A stretch of DNA of 64,000 nt from a virus: IMG/VR virus record IMGVR_UViG_3300045988_141012; one strand, written 5' to 3'. Under the pieces are notes generated by a model. That model searched no databases. It saw only the letters and a list, made by a program, of their open reading frames with translations, and had not been told where the DNA came from. This document shows, piece after piece, positions 54,224 to 63,029 of the stretch; the first letter of the stretch is position 1, and every line of letters begins with the position of its first letter. The translations under genes and the position numbers were made by a program.

Positions 54224-54244
54224 AATATCTCTCCATTTCTAACC

Positions 54245-54263
54245 TTCTAAATCATCGTTTCAA
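54245..54263 (-). promoter_or_regulatory. TTGAAA-N6-TTTAGA intercistronic motif copy (degenerate)
   Basis: Minus strand TTGAAACGATGATTTAGAAGG. Confidence 0.3.
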
Positions 54264-54271
54264 CTTTTTTA

Positions 54272-55003
54272 CTAAATGATACACTGTACAATTTTATATC
54301 CTATCTCATCCAGATTGCATTCAGATGATTTTAGTTTACAATCACCTGTAAGCATATCAAATGTAAAGTCTAATAAAATACTAAATTTTGTTCCTGTATA
54401 CTCATCAATCTCATCGATTGTTTCATCAATTATTCTATTTCTTTCATCTTCCTCTAAAACATCGGCACATCTATTTGCTAATCGTTTTGCATAATATTTG
54501 GCTCTTTCAATCAAATCTTCTACATATCGCTTAGCAGTATCTTCCGTATCAAATGTCATTGGTTTACGTTCTTCATCAAACATAGAAATTCTTTCCATTT
54601 TCTTATTAAGCATGGAATATCCAGAAAAACTATTTTTATTCCCACATTCAATCGTCCAACCAAACTTAGTGTTTTTCCATCCATCAAGAGATTTCTGTCT
54701 TAATTTTTCTCCAATTGTTCTATCAAGAAAATATACAACATTGTCATGTCTTCCAAATAACTGTATTGACTTAATACAATCTCCATTTCCAGCCTTAATC
54801 ATATCAACTGCATCCTTGATTCGCCCTGAGAAAGAAAATTGTAAACAACTTGTAAGATTAGTATTCAATGCATTATCTACTTCAAAATACATTCCATACT
54901 GTTCATCAATCTTAATCTTTTTCTTTCTTGAACCGTCTGCAAAAATTGCATATTCATTTACTTTTCCATTTTCCAAGCATTTGACCACTCTAAAATCTTT
55001 CAT
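54272..55003 (-). CDS. hypothetical protein (243 aa)
   Basis: Start moved to ATG 55003 behind GGAGGATAATAAA. Confidence 0.6.
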   Translation of the reverse strand: MKDFRVVKCLENGKVNEYAIFADGSRKKKIKIDEQYGMYFEVDNALNTNLTSCLQFSFSGRIKDAVDMIKAGNGDCIKSIQLFGRHDNVVYFLDRTIGEKLRQKSLDGWKNTKFGWTIECGNKNSFSGYSMLNKKMERISMFDEERKPMTFDTEDTAKRYVEDLIERAKYYAKRLANRCADVLEEDERNRIIDETIDEIDEYTGTKFSILLDFTFDMLTGDCKLKSSECNLDEIGYKIVQCII

Positions 55004-55034
55004 TTTATTATCCTCCAACCTCCTCATGAAACTC

Positions 55035-55262
55035 TTATTTCGTTTGTTCTTGCCATGTGTTACAACTAAATTTTCGTAATTGTCTTAAAGCATCTTCTTC
55101 TGATGGATAAATAGTTACAAAATACACATCTCCACCGTTATAATCGGCTGATAAAGTTAATTTGTAACCATATATTTTATTTTTTGCATCTCTATGTGGA
55201 AAACCTAATCTTCTTGTGATACAAGCTGTGTTACCAAATATATCTTTAAAAATTCTCGTCAT
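55035..55262 (-). CDS. hypothetical protein (75 aa)
   Basis: ORF track. Confidence 0.5.
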   Translation of the reverse strand: MTRIFKDIFGNTACITRRLGFPHRDAKNKIYGYKLTLSADYNGGDVYFVTIYPSEEDALRQLRKFSCNTWQEQTK

Positions 55263-55352
55263 AATTAATCACTCCATTCTTAAAATCTCTGATTTGCTAT
55301 ATTATCTAATTCTTCAACAATATCATTCATAATAATCATCATTTATTTTCTC

Positions 55353-55370
55353 TTGAAATTGTCGTTTCAA
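55353..55370 (-). promoter_or_regulatory. perfect TTGAAA-N6-TTTCAA intercistronic palindrome
   Basis: Minus strand TTGAAACGACAATTTCAA. Confidence 0.45.
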
Positions 55371-55487
55371 TTAATACAATCTGTCGATACGTTCCAATAC
55401 CCTATCTCCGTCCTTCATTGTTTCTTCACCAAGTTTTACAAATGTATCTAAGTCAATATCCTCTATCAACTCCAAATAGGCATAAAA

Positions 55488-55619
55488 TTAAGCCATATGA
55501 TAGTTTGCATTGAGTATATTTGTCTTTTCTGACATAGTGCGACCATCTGTAATTTTTTCTGCATCTACCAAAGCTTCTTTCATTGCGTTCTTAGCTTTAT
55601 CAATTAACTTTTCTAACAT
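55488..55619 (-). CDS. small hypothetical protein (43 aa), possibly the truncated front of an 82-codon gene
   Basis: GGAGGTATAAA then ATG 55619; the TAA at 55490-55488 is followed by 38 more open in-frame codons. Confidence 0.4.
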   Translation of the reverse strand: MLEKLIDKAKNAMKEALVDAEKITDGRTMSEKTNILNANYHMA

Positions 55620-55639
55620 TTTATACCTCCGTTCGATTA

Positions 55640-55819
55640 TTATCTTCTGTCAAATATCATCATTTTTAATAATGTTTTAGCTTGTTCCTCTGTGTAATTG
55701 TCAACACGTCCATTGACTTCTTTTAGAGGACAAGCTCTTATACTCTTATATTCGCTTCTTAAAACTGCTTGTTTCTTCTCCTCTAACATATTGTTATATA
55801 TTGCATCTGATATACTCAT
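55640..55819 (-). CDS. small hypothetical protein (59 aa)
   Basis: GGAGTATATGTAA then ATG 55819. Confidence 0.45.
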   Translation of the reverse strand: MSISDAIYNNMLEEKKQAVLRSEYKSIRACPLKEVNGRVDNYTEEQAKTLLKMMIFDRR

Positions 55820-55832
55820 TTACATATACTCC

Positions 55833-56009
55833 TTAATTTTTATTTGTCTGCAAATTTGGGCACAAACCTAAACCTCCCACTTTTTCAGGTAATCTTCTAT
55901 ATGCTTCTCTATGAATGCAATTTTCTTTTTCGCATTCTGGACAATAGCACTTTATAAATGTTTCATAATCTAATTTTGTACTAAGTCTTTCATAAATTTC
56001 TCTTTCCAT
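55833..56009 (-). CDS. small Cys-rich hypothetical protein (58 aa)
   Basis: GAGAGGGAAATTAAA then ATG 56009; CYCPEC...C...C. Confidence 0.45.
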   Translation of the reverse strand: MEREIYERLSTKLDYETFIKCYCPECEKENCIHREAYRRLPEKVGGLGLCPNLQTNKN

Positions 56010-56010
56010 T

Positions 56011-56328
56011 TTAATTTCCCTCTCTATTCATTATTTCTTCGAGTATTTCATATACTTCGTTTTGATGTTCTTTCATATAAATGTAAAATCCATCAAATGT
56101 ATCTTCTATTCTTTCTTCTAAGCAATCTTCTCTATAATTCTCCCACATCACTTCTTCAATATCGTTACAGTTTATTCGCTTTCCCTTATATTCCACCTCC
56201 GAATCAGACCATTCACCATGATATACAAACCCTATATTTGGTATTCCATACCAATCAGGAAGCTCTTTCATTGGGAAATAAAATACACCGTTTTTACAAA
56301 TCCAATCTCGTTCTATTGTACTAATCAT
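56011..56328 (-). CDS. hypothetical protein (105 aa)
   Basis: ORF track. Confidence 0.55.
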   Translation of the reverse strand: MISTIERDWICKNGVFYFPMKELPDWYGIPNIGFVYHGEWSDSEVEYKGKRINCNDIEEVMWENYREDCLEERIEDTFDGFYIYMKEHQNEVYEILEEIMNREGN

Positions 56329-56331
56329 AAC

Positions 56332-57228
56332 TTATTTCTCCATTTCTACAACATCCTTTAGTGAGTGTTTCCAACAACTATCAATAAGTCCGTAAACTTC
56401 ATCTACATCATAACCTCTCATTCTACAACCCTCAACACATATTTCAGCGTATTTAATAGGTAGCTTTACGTCCTTGTCAAGCTTAATTCCCAATACCGAG
56501 CCGCTGCCGTTCCAACTATCATATAATCCACATGTTGTATCTTTCCCAAGTACAACATATGACTTTGATTTTTTATTTTGTGACAATTCTATTAAATCAA
56601 ACACTTGAAATAAACTCATTTTTACAAGGAAAGTAATCGTTCCCATGTGAGATGATAAGTTTTCTAATTCTTGAATACAACTATTGATAAAGGTATCATT
56701 TGTGTTACATTGTTGTTCACAACATTGCTTTAATAATTCCGCTTTCCCTTGTGTGTTTGCAAGCCATAGCATTGATGAATGTTCATCAAATTTACCATTT
56801 CCACAATAATTCAATACGTTATCACAAGAATAATCATAATCTCCGTTTCCACAATCAACCATAATATTGACATTTATTTCATTATTAAGCTCCTCTATGT
56901 CATAATAGAAATAAATGTTTTCTACAATATAATCAAATATTAGGTCATAGTTCTCAATAAACATTTCCCTTTCTTCATCCGTCAATCTCTTGTTGATTGT
57001 TTTTATGAGTTCATAATATCCATAGTCATATGAATAATTCATTTCATTATCAGACACCATGTCCACAAGTGTCTCTCGTGGATTATTGCTTTCAAATAAT
57101 ATTTTAATGGTTTCATTTGATAATTCTCTGTCTCTGTAATCGGTAGAGATTTGAATACCTCCATCTTCGTTATCTGCCGACTCTCTTGCAATTTTAATCA
57201 CTTTGTCAATTAATTCTTTAACTCGCAT
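56332..57228 (-). CDS. hypothetical protein (298 aa)
   Basis: Start moved to ATG 57228 behind GGAGGTAAACAAA. Confidence 0.6.
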   Translation of the reverse strand: MRVKELIDKVIKIARESADNEDGGIQISTDYRDRELSNETIKILFESNNPRETLVDMVSDNEMNYSYDYGYYELIKTINKRLTDEEREMFIENYDLIFDYIVENIYFYYDIEELNNEINVNIMVDCGNGDYDYSCDNVLNYCGNGKFDEHSSMLWLANTQGKAELLKQCCEQQCNTNDTFINSCIQELENLSSHMGTITFLVKMSLFQVFDLIELSQNKKSKSYVVLGKDTTCGLYDSWNGSGSVLGIKLDKDVKLPIKYAEICVEGCRMRGYDVDEVYGLIDSCWKHSLKDVVEMEK

Positions 57229-57310
57229 TTTGTTTACCTCCAAATCGTCATTTCTAAAAGTCGTGTTACTTTTCCTCGATAAAACATCATCATATGAAAT
57301 ATCTCTTTCG

Positions 57311-57514
57311 TCACTCTATTGTACAAACAGTTATAGTGCCGTCATAGTTGATAATTCCTCTACATATAAATTTGCCTTGTACAGTTGTTACTGTTACATT
57401 TTCGCCGTACATTCTACACAGCACTCGTGCATTACGAGTATCTGTATATGCCCTGTTCCCATATCCATAATGAACTATGTACTTTCTCATTTCCTTTACC
57501 TCCTTATTAATCAA
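57311..57514 (-). CDS. hypothetical protein (67 aa)
   Basis: ORF track; AAGGAGG upstream. Confidence 0.5.
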   Translation of the reverse strand: MINKEVKEMRKYIVHYGYGNRAYTDTRNARVLCRMYGENVTVTTVQGKFICRGIINYDGTITVCTIE

Positions 57515-57692
57515 TCTTTTCTCTCCATTTTTTTATTCTTACGGGATAATTTACATTTTCCCTATATGTTTTGAGTTGCTCTTTAGCATCTTTTCTATCT
57601 TCGCAATTACATTCAATGTCCCATCCGTATCCACAGTTTCCTTCGATTGCATAACGATCTTTTGTTTTTCGTTTGTATGCCATAGTAATCAC
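57507..57692 (-). CDS. hypothetical protein (61 aa)
   Basis: ORF track. Confidence 0.45.
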   Translation of the reverse strand: MITMAYKRKTKDRYAIEGNCGYGWDIECNCEDRKDAKEQLKTYRENVNYPVRIKKWREKID

Positions 57693-57701
57693 AGTTCCTT
57701 T

Positions 57702-58199
57702 CTATTTCTCACAATTTAATTTAATGTCAGTCAAAACATAATCCCAGCTTGTTCCATAATGAGTTACTCCCCATAGGTACATATCTAGTTCTTCATTGTA
57801 ATAAACAAGTTCATTTGTATAATCACGCAATATACTTGCACCTGCCTCTGAAATAATATACCATTGGAAAACATCTGCATTGTTAACACTGTCTTCTTCT
57901 TCTTTTAACTCGTTAATCTTATTTTGTAATTCTTCAATTTTTTCTTGAGCTTCATCTGACAAATTCTCTTGCGATTCTTTAATATCTATAATTTGTTCTT
58001 CAAGTTCTTCTATCTCATCAGAATAATCAATAAACCCATTTTCTTCTTCCCAATATCCATGCTTAATTATCTCATCGTTTGATACCGCATCAAACGCCTT
58101 TGCGAGTGTTGCATAATCAAGATAACCATTTTGAATTGCATAGTCACTTGCTTTGTTACCACAGAAATATTCACCGCTTAATTCCAATATTTTTTTCAT
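57702..58199 (-). CDS. hypothetical protein (165 aa) with an acidic coiled-coil centre
   Basis: Start moved to ATG 58199 behind GGAG. Confidence 0.55.
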   Translation of the reverse strand: MKKILELSGEYFCGNKASDYAIQNGYLDYATLAKAFDAVSNDEIIKHGYWEEENGFIDYSDEIEELEEQIIDIKESQENLSDEAQEKIEELQNKINELKEEEDSVNNADVFQWYIISEAGASILRDYTNELVYYNEELDMYLWGVTHYGTSWDYVLTDIKLNCEK

Positions 58200-58522
58200 A
58201 GTAATTCTCCTTCTTTCTCCAAACATTCCTTAACCCATTCCTGCATATTTTGCCAATTTTCAACATCTGTATACTCATATTTCAGGAAATACGAATATAG
58301 TAATTCTAAGATATTTATCTTGTGCTTATGCAAAGATATAATAATCTCATAAATTTCGCTTGGATATTCCCAACCTTTAATCAAAAAATCATATATTCGA
58401 GATTTTACATATATCTGATATGCAATCTCAAAGATATATTCTTTCGATAGATTTGTAAGAATACGTTGCTTATATTCTTTAAACTCTGCCTTGATAGTTC
58501 TCAGAGTTTTTTCTTTGAGCAT
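58196..58522 (-). CDS. hypothetical protein (108 aa)
   Basis: ORF track; GGGAGATGGTGAA upstream. Confidence 0.55.
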   Translation of the reverse strand: MLKEKTLRTIKAEFKEYKQRILTNLSKEYIFEIAYQIYVKSRIYDFLIKGWEYPSEIYEIIISLHKHKINILELLYSYFLKYEYTDVENWQNMQEWVKECLEKEGELL

Positions 58523-58542
58523 TTCACCATCTCCCTTCTAAA

Positions 58543-58576
58543 TATTCAAAAATGCCTATGATTTCTCTTAGGCATT
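58543..58576 (-). terminator. intrinsic terminator after hicA
   Basis: AATGCCTA-loop-TAGGCATT followed by a T run on the minus strand, 28 nt past the hicA stop. Confidence 0.6.
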
Positions 58577-58603
58577 CTGTCAGATACTTGTATATTCTCT
58601 TTT

Positions 58604-58786
58604 TCATGTTAAACTAAACTCCTTTGTGAGTCTTTTGGCAATCATTGCGTTTAGCTTGTTGTTTATAACAAGCGTTTCGCCATTTTCGTTTCGGTATATT
58701 TGATGACTACCTCGCATATGGTGCAAGGTGTAGCCATTCGCTCGTAGTTTCCGTTGGAACTTACGAACATCTATTTGAGTTCTCAT
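58604..58786 (-). CDS. hicA: HicA-family toxin (mRNA interferase), no adjacent HicB
   Basis: LRANGYTLHHMRGSHQIYRNENGETLVI pattern; 60 aa. Confidence 0.6.
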   Translation of the reverse strand: MRTQIDVRKFQRKLRANGYTLHHMRGSHQIYRNENGETLVINNKLNAMIAKRLTKEFSLT

Positions 58787-58855
58787 TGTATTTCACCTCC
58801 ATAAAAGCTTGACATATAATAATTATTGTGCTATTATATTAATATCAATAAAAGA

Positions 58856-58895
58856 CCATCAGAGATATTGACGGTATCTCACTCTGATGGCTTTT
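58856..58895. terminator. strong hairpin with T-rich flanks on both strands (bidirectional terminator)
   Basis: CCATCAGAGATA-loop-TATCTC..CTCTGATGG, then CTTTT; TCTTTTATT on the other strand. Confidence 0.55.
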
Positions 58896-59091
58896 GGGTT
58901 AATTGCGAGGATCGGCTTCACGAGCTTCATTCTCAGTGCTATAGAGTCTTCCATCGTAATCGCCAATATATCCTTCCGGAGTTAGCATCGCAATCCACCG
59001 CCTTTCATTGATATTAAATAGTCTTGTAGTGGTAGTACAAGGCTATTTTTTTATGTAAAAATATATAGCATGAACTATATACTTAAACATC

Positions 59092-59400
59092 TTAATGACA
59101 CTTTTTGACGGATAATATCTTATCATCCGTTTTATCATTCTCCGTACCGTTATCACTGAATGTAATGCGGTACTTATTACCTATTACAAAATTGTTATTC
59201 TCATACTCCCATATTTGACCATCACGAGTCATCAGAGTATTGACACCTATACACACTGCTTTAGTGGTATAGATAATCTTAAAGCCATTATGGGTGTAAT
59301 ATCCAAATGGCAAAGTTATCATTGCCTCTGCTGTTGAGCAAAGTGCAATGAATAGCAATATCATTGCTAAGATGATGGATAGTTTTTTTCTCATGTTCAT
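59092..59400 (-). CDS. secreted/exported small protein (102 aa)
   Basis: Signal peptide MNMRKKLSIILAMILLFIALCSTAEA. Confidence 0.6.
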   Translation of the reverse strand: MNMRKKLSIILAMILLFIALCSTAEAMITLPFGYYTHNGFKIIYTTKAVCIGVNTLMTRDGQIWEYENNNFVIGNKYRITFSDNGTENDKTDDKILSVKKCH

Positions 59401-59672
59401 GTTTTGTCCTCTCCTATCACTTTAATATACTTTTGCTGCAATGTCTTACTTACAATACATTTATTGTTGTAATGTAAAGCAAATTTTTCATTGTTTGCTC
59501 CATACAATGATACATCAATTAATCGTGCACCATTGTTAAAACAATAGGTTCTGTCTTTTTTTGCAATACATTTTAATCCATGTTGCAAATAGTCAATATA
59601 ATTATCAGCATCTGTTTTATTACTAAACAGATACGTCTTATTTTTGTCTTTTACTTCATACATATTTAACAT
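59397..59672 (-). CDS. hypothetical protein (91 aa)
   Basis: ORF track; 4-nt overlap. Confidence 0.55.
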   Translation of the reverse strand: MLNMYEVKDKNKTYLFSNKTDADNYIDYLQHGLKCIAKKDRTYCFNNGARLIDVSLYGANNEKFALHYNNKCIVSKTLQQKYIKVIGEDKT

Positions 59673-59676
59673 CTCC

Positions 59677-59898
59677 TTATATCATTGCTCGTACAAAACG
59701 TACGGCAATATCATATTTGTACTCATAGCTATGAGCATAGTGTCTTGGTTGAGTATGTGTAGATACATACGACTCAACCTTGTTTACTATTGTGTTATAG
59801 TCTACACAGAAATCTCTGCATAGACGTTTAGTATCCTTCTTCCATGTGTTCATTATTGTATTCTTCCTCTCATATATATTCTCTCTGTTTCGGCTCAT
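59677..59898 (-). CDS. hypothetical protein (73 aa)
   Basis: ORF track. Confidence 0.5.
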   Translation of the reverse strand: MSRNRENIYERKNTIMNTWKKDTKRLCRDFCVDYNTIVNKVESYVSTHTQPRHYAHSYEYKYDIAVRFVRAMI

Positions 59899-59932
59899 GC
59901 CTCATCAGTACGTGGACTTTTACCGCGTATAC

Positions 59933-59967
59933 AGAAAAAGGGTGTACACTTGTTAGCATACACCCTT
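59933..59967 (-). terminator. intrinsic terminator after gene 59982-60584
   Basis: AAGGGTGTA-loop-TACACCCTT plus a T run on the minus strand. Confidence 0.65.
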
Positions 59968-59981
59968 GAATGGTAAACCTA

Positions 59982-60584
59982 TTACTTGATGAATAGGTCT
60001 ATAAAAGTTGCCATAAACAGCTTATTGAACATCGTCTTGCTCATGGCTTTGGTTAGCGACTCTGCACCTGTAAGTAAGGTCTTCTGAGTTGCCATACTTA
60101 CACCTATGGCAGAGGTAAGCTTGCGTGCCCACTTTGGCATTATGGCAGTACCTACTTCAATACCCAAACCCTCAAGGAACTTACCGAACTCTTTATTGAA
60201 GTCGGCGTCATCGAATGTTTGAGCCTTCACCTGATACGCCTTATACATTCCCTCAGGGATAAAAGCGTAACAAGCCTTCAATGTTTTGTTGTAGTCCTTG
60301 ACGGCTGACTCATGTTCCGTCTTGAGTTTGGCAAGGATAGACTCCTCCTTGCTGATACTATACTTGACTATAGCATCATTGTAGCTCATACCATCTTGAA
60401 TGGCAGACTCTCGGAGTGCAAGAGTCTTTTCACGTTGTGCCTTAATAGGCTTAGTAGCTGAGCTATACTTAGCATTTTCCTCTGCTATTGCAATAATAGC
60501 TGTTTTGAAGTCGTGTAATAAGGTACGATTTTGGTCTGTGAAGTTAGTGAATGATACTTTTTGGTTATTGTTAGTTTTTTTCAT
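59982..60584 (-). CDS. hypothetical protein (200 aa), higher GC than its surroundings
   Basis: ORF track; AAGGAG upstream. Confidence 0.6.
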   Translation of the reverse strand: MKKTNNNQKVSFTNFTDQNRTLLHDFKTAIIAIAEENAKYSSATKPIKAQREKTLALRESAIQDGMSYNDAIVKYSISKEESILAKLKTEHESAVKDYNKTLKACYAFIPEGMYKAYQVKAQTFDDADFNKEFGKFLEGLGIEVGTAIMPKWARKLTSAIGVSMATQKTLLTGAESLTKAMSKTMFNKLFMATFIDLFIK

Positions 60585-61054
60585 GATATACTCCTTCTCC
60601 TATACTGAGCAATAGGTGCTTTACTTATTTTTTTTGATATTGTTGTACTACTCACTATTTATGCGGACTTGTAACCGCTTGCACCTCTAATATGCAAGTT
60701 AGTTTAATACGGTAATTTTTACAGTCGTTTAATTTTGTATTGCGTTAAAACGTACTCCCACTTTATAACGCTTTGCGCCGGATTTTCGTTGCTACCGGTA
60801 TTCCAAGAATTACCAAACTTGAAATAAAGGATTTTCACCTTCACACGCTCAAAATATTAGAAAATATTTCAAACGTAACTATATAACCGCCGTTACATAG
60901 TCAACGGGATTTTCCGGATTCCCGCACCTTTTTTATATAAACTTGTAACAAAAGTATCATATTATCAGACTTGCTATTTATGTTACTCCTGATGGAACTA
61001 AAAAAGTAGTATCTGCTTCTGTTACCTATTTATTTTTCAAAGTTCAGTCAAAAC

Positions 61055-61280
61055 GGATTATACATATAATCCTTGCATAGCTACCTAGCTATACTTTTGA
61101 AAAAACAAAAATTAAATAAATACAGATAACATTAATCCGATATTATCGGAACGGACAGACTTATTTTGATATGCTGTCCGCGTATCTCTTATTCTTTTTT
61201 TGTCCTTTTCCCTTTGACAATTATGACTATATCAGATAATAAAATTAAGTCAAATCCGCATAGGTATGCGAAAAAAGCGT
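61055..61280. repeat. cluster of five unrelated perfect palindromes in non-coding DNA
   Basis: GGATTATA-CA-TATAATCC (61055-72), ATAGCTA-CC-TAGCTAT (61077-92), TCCGATA-T-TATCGGA (61136-50), CGGACAG-N15-CTGTCCG (61152-80), CGCATA-GG-TATGCG (61267-80). Confidence 0.85.
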
Positions 61281-61360
61281 ATTTTATGAAGAGTTATGGA
61301 GGGGGTACAAAAAACAAGTCGGCAAGCCCCATTTTTCCTATATCTGTATATGTAGTCAAC

Positions 61361-61600
61361 TTACACACTAACCACAAAAAACACAAAACCCACCAAAACC
61401 CCAAATAACACAATAAAAATCACACATCACACATTCAAAATTTAAAATCGTCCCCTTTATCGAAAACCCCAAGAAAATCAAACAAAAAAATACCGCCACA
61501 ACCTCAAAAAATGCGATACAAAAATCCAAAATTTCCATTTCACAACCAACTCCCACACTACAAAACCCAATAAAATCCACAAAAATTACTCATCTACGCT
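61361..61600. other. G-depleted A/C-rich tract (extreme strand asymmetry)
   Basis: I count 7 G in these 240 nt, none in the first 60. Confidence 0.85.
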
Positions 61601-61631
61601 CCGATACTAAAATTACATATAAAAATGCAAC

Positions 61632-61665
61632 AAAAAAAAGACCTTCGTATTTCTACGAAAGTCTT
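61632..61665 (-). terminator. intrinsic terminator after gene 61707-62699
   Basis: GACTTTCGTA-loop-TACGAAGGTC followed by T8 on the minus strand. Confidence 0.7.
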
Positions 61666-61706
61666 TAATTCAATCCCATTGCAATCACAAACAAATTCCT
61701 ATCAAA

Positions 61707-62699
61707 TCATTGCTTTTTATACGTCCTTCTTGTAACAATTCCCACATCCACAATTTTCATATCTTTTGTATTATAATTTGCAATATATTCCCTATCATCT
61801 GTCCATTTCTCTATCGCATATTTGAAATTGTCTCTATAAGAATTCCTCTCAATAAGCCAATCAAGGTGATTGCATATCTCCATACGGCTTAATATATGTT
61901 CATCAACAATCATTTCCAATATTCTGTGTCGTTGTATTGAAGTTAATCCTATCACTTCACTTACATTATACCCCATTATATGTAAAACTGATTCTTTATT
62001 TAAATTACTATAAGATATCCCATTGTTATCTCTACGCCAAAACTTTTCTTCTACTACCTTGCAAATAATAACACCTTGTCTTTTTACCATTTGATAATGG
62101 CTTTCTAAGATATAATATTTATCACATCTCTCACAATGAGCGGCAGGAATTATAACTTCATTCACTTTACCAGTTGAAGATAAAACTTTAATCCTTGCCT
62201 TTATATCCGTCAATTTATGTCCATCTTTTACACATAACTTACCTATATTTGTTCTTGTCAGAAAATGTTTAGGTGTTATGTCATGAATTTTTGTATTTGT
62301 TTTATTAAATTCTTCTCCATGATGTGCTCCCATAAAATGATATAAACTAAAACTATTATTTTTACATATTCCTTTCATTATATCTGGTTGTATAATGGTT
62401 TTGCCGCACATTATACATCGTTTAAGAGGAACAGAAATATTTTCGCCATTATCATTGATTAATATTCCATCAAAATTGATAACTTTAATTTCTTGACTTA
62501 CACATTGATGTTCTCCAACAAAAATTGCCGTTCCCTTTGCTATCATACTATCTATTTCAAAATGTCGTTTCTCGCAAAAGAATAATGGATTTGGTCTTTG
62601 TTTTGGTTTTCTATTCTTTGGTCTATTAATTTCCGGTAATACACACGCTCTTTTCTGAGCTTTATTCATTTTTCTCTTTTTTCTTCGTTTCTTTCCCAT
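61707..62699 (-). CDS. hypothetical protein (330 aa) with a poly-basic N-terminus and CxxC pairs
   Basis: MGKKRRKKRKMNKAQKR...; CIMCGK, HCERCDK; monocistronic with its own terminator. Confidence 0.65.
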   Translation of the reverse strand: MGKKRRKKRKMNKAQKRACVLPEINRPKNRKPKQRPNPLFFCEKRHFEIDSMIAKGTAIFVGEHQCVSQEIKVINFDGILINDNGENISVPLKRCIMCGKTIIQPDIMKGICKNNSFSLYHFMGAHHGEEFNKTNTKIHDITPKHFLTRTNIGKLCVKDGHKLTDIKARIKVLSSTGKVNEVIIPAAHCERCDKYYILESHYQMVKRQGVIICKVVEEKFWRRDNNGISYSNLNKESVLHIMGYNVSEVIGLTSIQRHRILEMIVDEHILSRMEICNHLDWLIERNSYRDNFKYAIEKWTDDREYIANYNTKDMKIVDVGIVTRRTYKKQ

Positions 62700-63029
62700 A
62701 ACATATACACCTCCACGTAAATCATTTATTTACAATAATTGTATCAAAATTAATTATATATGTCAATCACTTCAATAGAAAATATAAATATGTGTCCCAA
62801 CCCGCCCATATATAAAACACTATATAGATAGGAAGAAACTCAGTCAAATTTGCAAAGAAAATCTGACAAAAATGAATTTTGATGTTTCTTAATCCTATAT
62901 TGTGAAGAAAATATAATTTATCTTCATAATCAATTCTTTAATGCAAAACATTATACAAAATGAAAAATAACAAAAGAGAATATATAAATAGAAACCTAAT
63001 CAAACAAAATTAATACGAAGGAGATTATT

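Noticed and set aside
54498-55079. 193-aa plus-strand ORF (similar antisense ORFs at 35707-36057, 39250-39615 and 15012-15287)
   Set aside because: These are antisense to well-supported minus-strand genes, have no SD, and show Ser/Leu/Phe-rich shadow composition.
58809-58837. Plus-strand TTGACA-17-TGcTATTAT promoter upstream of hicA
   Set aside because: It would produce only about 50 nt before the hairpin at 58856-58895. In DNA this AT-rich, such matches arise by chance, so I kept it as a note only.
58826-59011. 61-aa plus-strand ORF upstream of hicA, considered as a HicB candidate
   Set aside because: It starts inside a promoter-like sequence, runs through a strong terminator hairpin, and has no HicB-like features.
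61166-61580. 80-aa plus-strand and 70-aa minus-strand ORFs in the non-coding region
   Set aside because: They are translations of the G-depleted low-complexity tract (poly Lys/Thr/His/Asn or Gly/Phe/Cys/Val). They have no SD and lie beyond a terminator.
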